Origin: an uncultured Anaerolineae bacterium
Lineage (GTDB): Bacteria > Chloroflexota > Anaerolineae > JACRMK01
DNA: 61,108 nt
Direction of reading: 5' to 3'
Assembly (NCBI GenBank): GCA_964509505.1
Contig: CAZDYP010000001.1
Location: 1 to 61,108, forward strand
Each line of letters begins with the position of its first letter. Position 1 is the first letter of the stretch. Positions 57,827 through 61,108 of this stretch are shown piece after piece. A program made the translations under genes and the position numbers. Below the pieces are notes generated by a model, which saw only the letters and a list, made by a program, of their open reading frames with translations, was not told the origin of the DNA and made no database searches.

Positions 57827-57868
57827 GGTTACTGGCTACTGGCTACTGCCCACTACCTACTGTTTACA
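57827..57868. repeat. heptamer run (GGCTACT words) spanning the thiolase stop
   Basis: GGTTACT GGCTACT GGCTACT GCCCACT ACCTACT GTTTACA. Confidence 0.75.
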
Positions 57869-59003
57869 TCCGCTCGATCACCGTCGCCGTCGCCATGCCC
57901 CAACCGATGCACATCGTCTGCAAGCCATAGCGTCCGCCGCCTTGTTCCAGGCGATTGAGCAACGTCGTCATAATGCGCGCGCCGCTCGCGCCGAGTGGAT
58001 GCCCCAACGCAATCGCGCCGCCGTGCGCGTTGACGCGCGACATATCAGGCTCGATTTCTTGTGCCCATGACATTACCACTGAGGCAAACGCTTCGTTGAT
58101 CTCGATGGCGTCCATGTCGTCAATCGTCAAGCCCGCGCGTTGCAATACCTTGCGCGTCGCGGGAATCACGCCCGTCAGCATCATAATCGGGTCGCTGCCG
58201 ACGGCGACGCGCGAGATGAGGCGCGCACGTGGCTTCAAGCCCAGCTCTTTTGCCTTATCCGCCGACATCAACAGAATCGCCGCCGCGCCGTCGCTGATCT
58301 GGCTCGCGTTGCCTGCGGTCACGGTGCCGTTCTCTTTGAAGACGGTCTTGAGCGAGGCCATCTTCGCCAGGTCGGGGTTCATGCGAATGCCCTCGTCAAC
58401 GGTCAGCGTTTTCGATTCGCCGTTGATCTTGACGTCGAGCGGCATGATTTCGTTTTTGAATTTGCCCTCTTTCGTGGCCGTCGCCGCTTTGACATGCGAC
58501 TCATACGCGAACTGGTCGAGCGCGGCGCGTGTGATGCCCCACTTCTCTGCAATCATTTCGGCGGAGATGCCTTGTGGCACAAGCTGATAGGGGAACTCGC
58601 CGGGCAGCGCGCCCCAGTTGAAATCGGAGCCCATCGGCACCCGCGTCATGCTCTCGACGCCCGCGGCGATAACCACATCGGCGTCGCCCGCGAGAATCGC
58701 TTGCGCGCCTTGATGCACGGCTTGCTGACTGCTGCCGCACATGCGATTCACAGACACCGACGCAACCTCGACGGGAAAGCCCGCATCCAATACGGCGAGG
58801 CGTCCGACGTTGCCGCCTTGTTGGTCGGTCTGCGTCACGCAACCCATCACGACATCTTCGACGTCGCTGGGTTGAATGCCCGCGCGCTTCACGACTTCTT
58901 TCAACACCGTTGCGCCAAGCGCAACGGGATGCTCGTCCTTCAGCATTCCGCCGAAGCGCCCCACGGGTGTCCGCACCGCTTCGACAATCACTACATCTCT
59001 CAT
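57864..59003 (-). CDS. acetyl-CoA C-acetyltransferase (thiolase)
   Basis: 379 aa; VNRMCGSSQQAV (active-site Cys), NEAFASV, NAHGGAIALGHPLGASG, CIGWGMA. Confidence 0.9.
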   Translation of the reverse strand: MRDVVIVEAVRTPVGRFGGMLKDEHPVALGATVLKEVVKRAGIQPSDVEDVVMGCVTQTDQQGGNVGRLAVLDAGFPVEVASVSVNRMCGSSQQAVHQGAQAILAGDADVVIAAGVESMTRVPMGSDFNWGALPGEFPYQLVPQGISAEMIAEKWGITRAALDQFAYESHVKAATATKEGKFKNEIMPLDVKINGESKTLTVDEGIRMNPDLAKMASLKTVFKENGTVTAGNASQISDGAAAILLMSADKAKELGLKPRARLISRVAVGSDPIMMLTGVIPATRKVLQRAGLTIDDMDAIEINEAFASVVMSWAQEIEPDMSRVNAHGGAIALGHPLGASGARIMTTLLNRLEQGGGRYGLQTMCIGWGMATATVIERM

Positions 59004-59047
59004 AATAATCTCCTTGTGAGGAATAACTCACGTTAGCCAATTGGGTA

Positions 59048-59139
59048 AATTCAACACCAAGACACGATGACTCACAAAGAACACGAAGAAAATTTTCTTT
59101 TGTGTTTGCTTGGTGTTTGCTTGGTGTCTTGGGGTGAAT
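59048..59139. repeat. ~90-nt imperfect palindrome (AATTCAACACCAAGACAC family)
   Basis: AATTCAACACCAAGACAC ... GAAGAAAATTTTCTTTTG ... GTGTCTTGGGGTGAAT. Confidence 0.55.
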
Positions 59140-59195
59140 GTCTTTTCACGTTAGCGCGTGCATCTTAGGCGATTGTAGCGCGTGCGTCAAGACGC

Positions 59196-60377
59196 TCAAA
59201 TCAATAACCATAACCCCAACGCCGCCAGCAATCCCATCGCGCCGCCAAAGTAAAATGGCGCGGGCGCACCGAACGCGCCCCATAGCCAACCTGCGAGCGC
59301 CGACGCGGGCAACAAACCAATGCCCAGCATCGTCGCGTGCAAGCCGATGAGCGTTGCGCGCAAATCGGGCGGCGCGATGTCGCTGACTAATGCTTTCTCC
59401 ACGCCTTCGGTCAGCGCGATGTAAAAACCATACGCGGCAAAGAGCGACCAAATCCAGGCGACATCGCCTATGAGCGCGAAACCCAGATACACGCCGCTAT
59501 AAAACAGATAGCCAATGACCAACAAGGTCTTGCGCCCGATGCGATCCGATAAGCGTCCGAAGGGATACGACAGCGCCGCATAGACGACGTTGAACAGCAG
59601 ATACGCGAGGATGACGAGACTTGGCGTGAGTCCAAGATGATCCGCGCGCAACAACAAAAATTGATTGGACGAATTGCCGAGCGTGAAGACCAACGCGATG
59701 AGCAAGAACGCTTTCAACTTGCGCGGCAAGGTGCGCCACGCGGCGACCATGCGCGCGGGCGAAAGGAGCAATGGTTGTGCGCTTGCGAGGGCGGGTTTGG
59801 GCGTTGCGCGTTGCTCCTTTACACCGAGCAAGACGAGCGTGCCGAGCAACGCAGGCGCGATAGACCAAAGGAAAACATTGGCGTAATCGTTCTGGTCGGC
59901 GGTGAGAAACAGATAAGCGATGACGACGCCGACGGCTGCGCCTGCTGTGTCGAGCGCGCGATGAAAACCGAACGCTGCGCCGCGCGCTTCCGGTATGGTA
60001 CTGTCAGCAATGAGCGCGTCACGCGGCGCGGTGCGAATGCCTTTGCCGATGCGGTCCAGCACGCGCGATACCAAGACGAGGGGCCAGCTCACCGCGAGAT
60101 ACAAGATGATGCGGCTGAGCGGAGCTGTGGCGTAACCGAAGAATGCGAATGGTTTGCGCGCCCCAACGCGATCCGACCAATAGCCGCCGACCACTTTCAG
60201 CAAACTCGCCGTGCTTTCCGCGATGCCTTCAATTACGCCGATGATGGCGGGCGCAGCGCCGAGTTTGCTTGTGAGGAATAATGGCAGGAGCGGATACATC
60301 ATCTCGGTGGCGACATCGTTAAGGAACGAGGTCATACCCAACAAGAAGACGTTGCGCGAGAAGCCTTTGAATAGCAC
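59196..60377 (-). CDS. MFS transporter
   Basis: Track ORF to 60440 overlaps the upstream gene; GTG 60377 (VLFKGFSRNVFLLGMTSFLND) follows its stop; 12 predicted TM segments, RxGRK-like SDRIGRK loop. Confidence 0.8.
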   Translation of the reverse strand: MLFKGFSRNVFLLGMTSFLNDVATEMMYPLLPLFLTSKLGAAPAIIGVIEGIAESTASLLKVVGGYWSDRVGARKPFAFFGYATAPLSRIILYLAVSWPLVLVSRVLDRIGKGIRTAPRDALIADSTIPEARGAAFGFHRALDTAGAAVGVVIAYLFLTADQNDYANVFLWSIAPALLGTLVLLGVKEQRATPKPALASAQPLLLSPARMVAAWRTLPRKLKAFLLIALVFTLGNSSNQFLLLRADHLGLTPSLVILAYLLFNVVYAALSYPFGRLSDRIGRKTLLVIGYLFYSGVYLGFALIGDVAWIWSLFAAYGFYIALTEGVEKALVSDIAPPDLRATLIGLHATMLGIGLLPASALAGWLWGAFGAPAPFYFGGAMGLLAALGLWLLI

Positions 60378-60391
60378 GAGGGAATCCTGAG

Positions 60392-61108
60392 CTAGGGTTT
60401 GACGCTCGTCGCATACGTGCCATTGCCGATGACGACCCACACGAGCGTGGTTGGCCCCGTGCGCGTCGTGCCTGCGACAATGGACTCGTTTACGACGACG
60501 ACTTTTTTCGTTTGCCAGTCCACCCCTTGATGCGTGATGGTGGCTGCGAAAGTGTATGCCGTTTGCGTGGCAGATTTCTGCGCGAGGGCGACGTTCTTCA
60601 GCGCTGGGTAGTAATCACGAATGAGCTGTAACGCAGCAGTCGCATTGGTTGGCGCGGTGCGACTCGTGACGCTGTACGCGCCCAACGACGCGCCTGAAAT
60701 GTCGGCGTTCAGATCGCCGCTGATGGCGCCGCTGCCGACTGCGACTTGCGCCACTCCCGGTGAATCTTTAAGTGTGATGACGCCGAAAGCCGCTTGCCCT
60801 GCAACTTTCACACTGGCCTCAACTTGCGCTTGTTGCGTCGAAGGCACATTCACGTTACCCGTTGCGCCGCCCGCACGCGTCACGTTCACGCTCGCGCCAA
60901 GATACTGCGTCGCAAATGTCGTAATCATCTGCGTTGCATCGTATTGTGGAATGCGTGTGACGTTTGTGACAGTGGCAGGAGGTGGGGAGAGGGTGCGCGC
61001 GGGCGTGGGGAGATTGAGAGGGGGCGTGCCTTGCGGTTGCAAGGTTGGGAAATTGGCGGGGGGTGTGATGGCAAGCGGTGTGCGCTCGCCGCTTGGGGTG
61101 ATGGCAAG
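60392..61108 (-). CDS. hypothetical secreted/Pro-Thr-rich protein, 5' end probably outside the window
   Basis: Frame stays open upstream of the listed TTG start (61042) to the window edge (..LAITPSGERTPLAITPPANFPT..). Confidence 0.5.
   Translation of the reverse strand, partial: LAITPSGERTPLAITPPANFPTLQPQGTPPLNLPTPARTLSPPPATVTNVTRIPQYDATQMITTFATQYLGASVNVTRAGGATGNVNVPSTQQAQVEASVKVAGQAAFGVITLKDSPGVAQVAVGSGAISGDLNADISGASLGAYSVTSRTAPTNATAALQLIRDYYPALKNVALAQKSATQTAYTFAATITHQGVDWQTKKVVVVNESIVAGTTRTGPTTLVWVVIGNGTYATSVKP

Overview
GC-rich bacterial chromosomal window. The gene content and repeat vocabulary suggest a filamentous Chloroflexota-like organism, but that is inference only. About 50 protein genes and one tRNA can be supported.

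Main blocks, left to right:
1. A MerR-controlled metal/thiol-redox operon (merR, Cys-rich metallochaperone, MerE-like, TlpA-like thioredoxin, ccdA) with a textbook 19-bp-spacer MerR promoter.
2. Housekeeping and molybdenum-related genes.
3. A co-directional minus-strand block: two tandem large LuxR-family STAND regulators flanking two unknown small genes, then a thioredoxin-fusion ORF.
4. ruvA, then a minus-strand block: APC permease, USP, two TrkA/RCK genes, an OmpR-type response regulator, a histidine kinase and a TolB-like lipoprotein.
5. tRNA-Thr(CGU) followed by a candidate His-codon leader peptide and terminator.
6. A complete but mosaic histidine operon (hisZ, hisG, PHP phosphatase, hisD, two unknown small genes, hisC, hisB, hisH, an epimerase, hisA, hisF, hisI, an AAA ATPase, a Uma2 nuclease, hisE).
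7. A third LuxR-STAND regulator divergent from a 1296-aa cyclase-STAND-TPR protein.
8. A RelE/ParE-type toxin-antitoxin pair.
9. A 2012-aa FG-GAP/LamG/HEXXH secreted protein.
10. Crp, a methyltransferase, an AT-rich GmrSD-type (DUF262/DUF1524) gene, a thiolase and an MFS transporter.

The most unusual signal is not a gene cluster but the repeat architecture:
- Period-7 (heptanucleotide) hairpins sit at nearly every gene junction, often reaching across stop codons.
- A 33-35-nt perfect palindrome is inserted in frame in three STAND NTPase genes, with one compensatory stem change between copies.
- Heptamer hairpins and a 74-nt nested palindrome are translated as protein linkers.

No CRISPR array, rRNA, transposase or integrase was seen. 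All homology statements come from motif recognition by eye and need HMM or BLAST confirmation.
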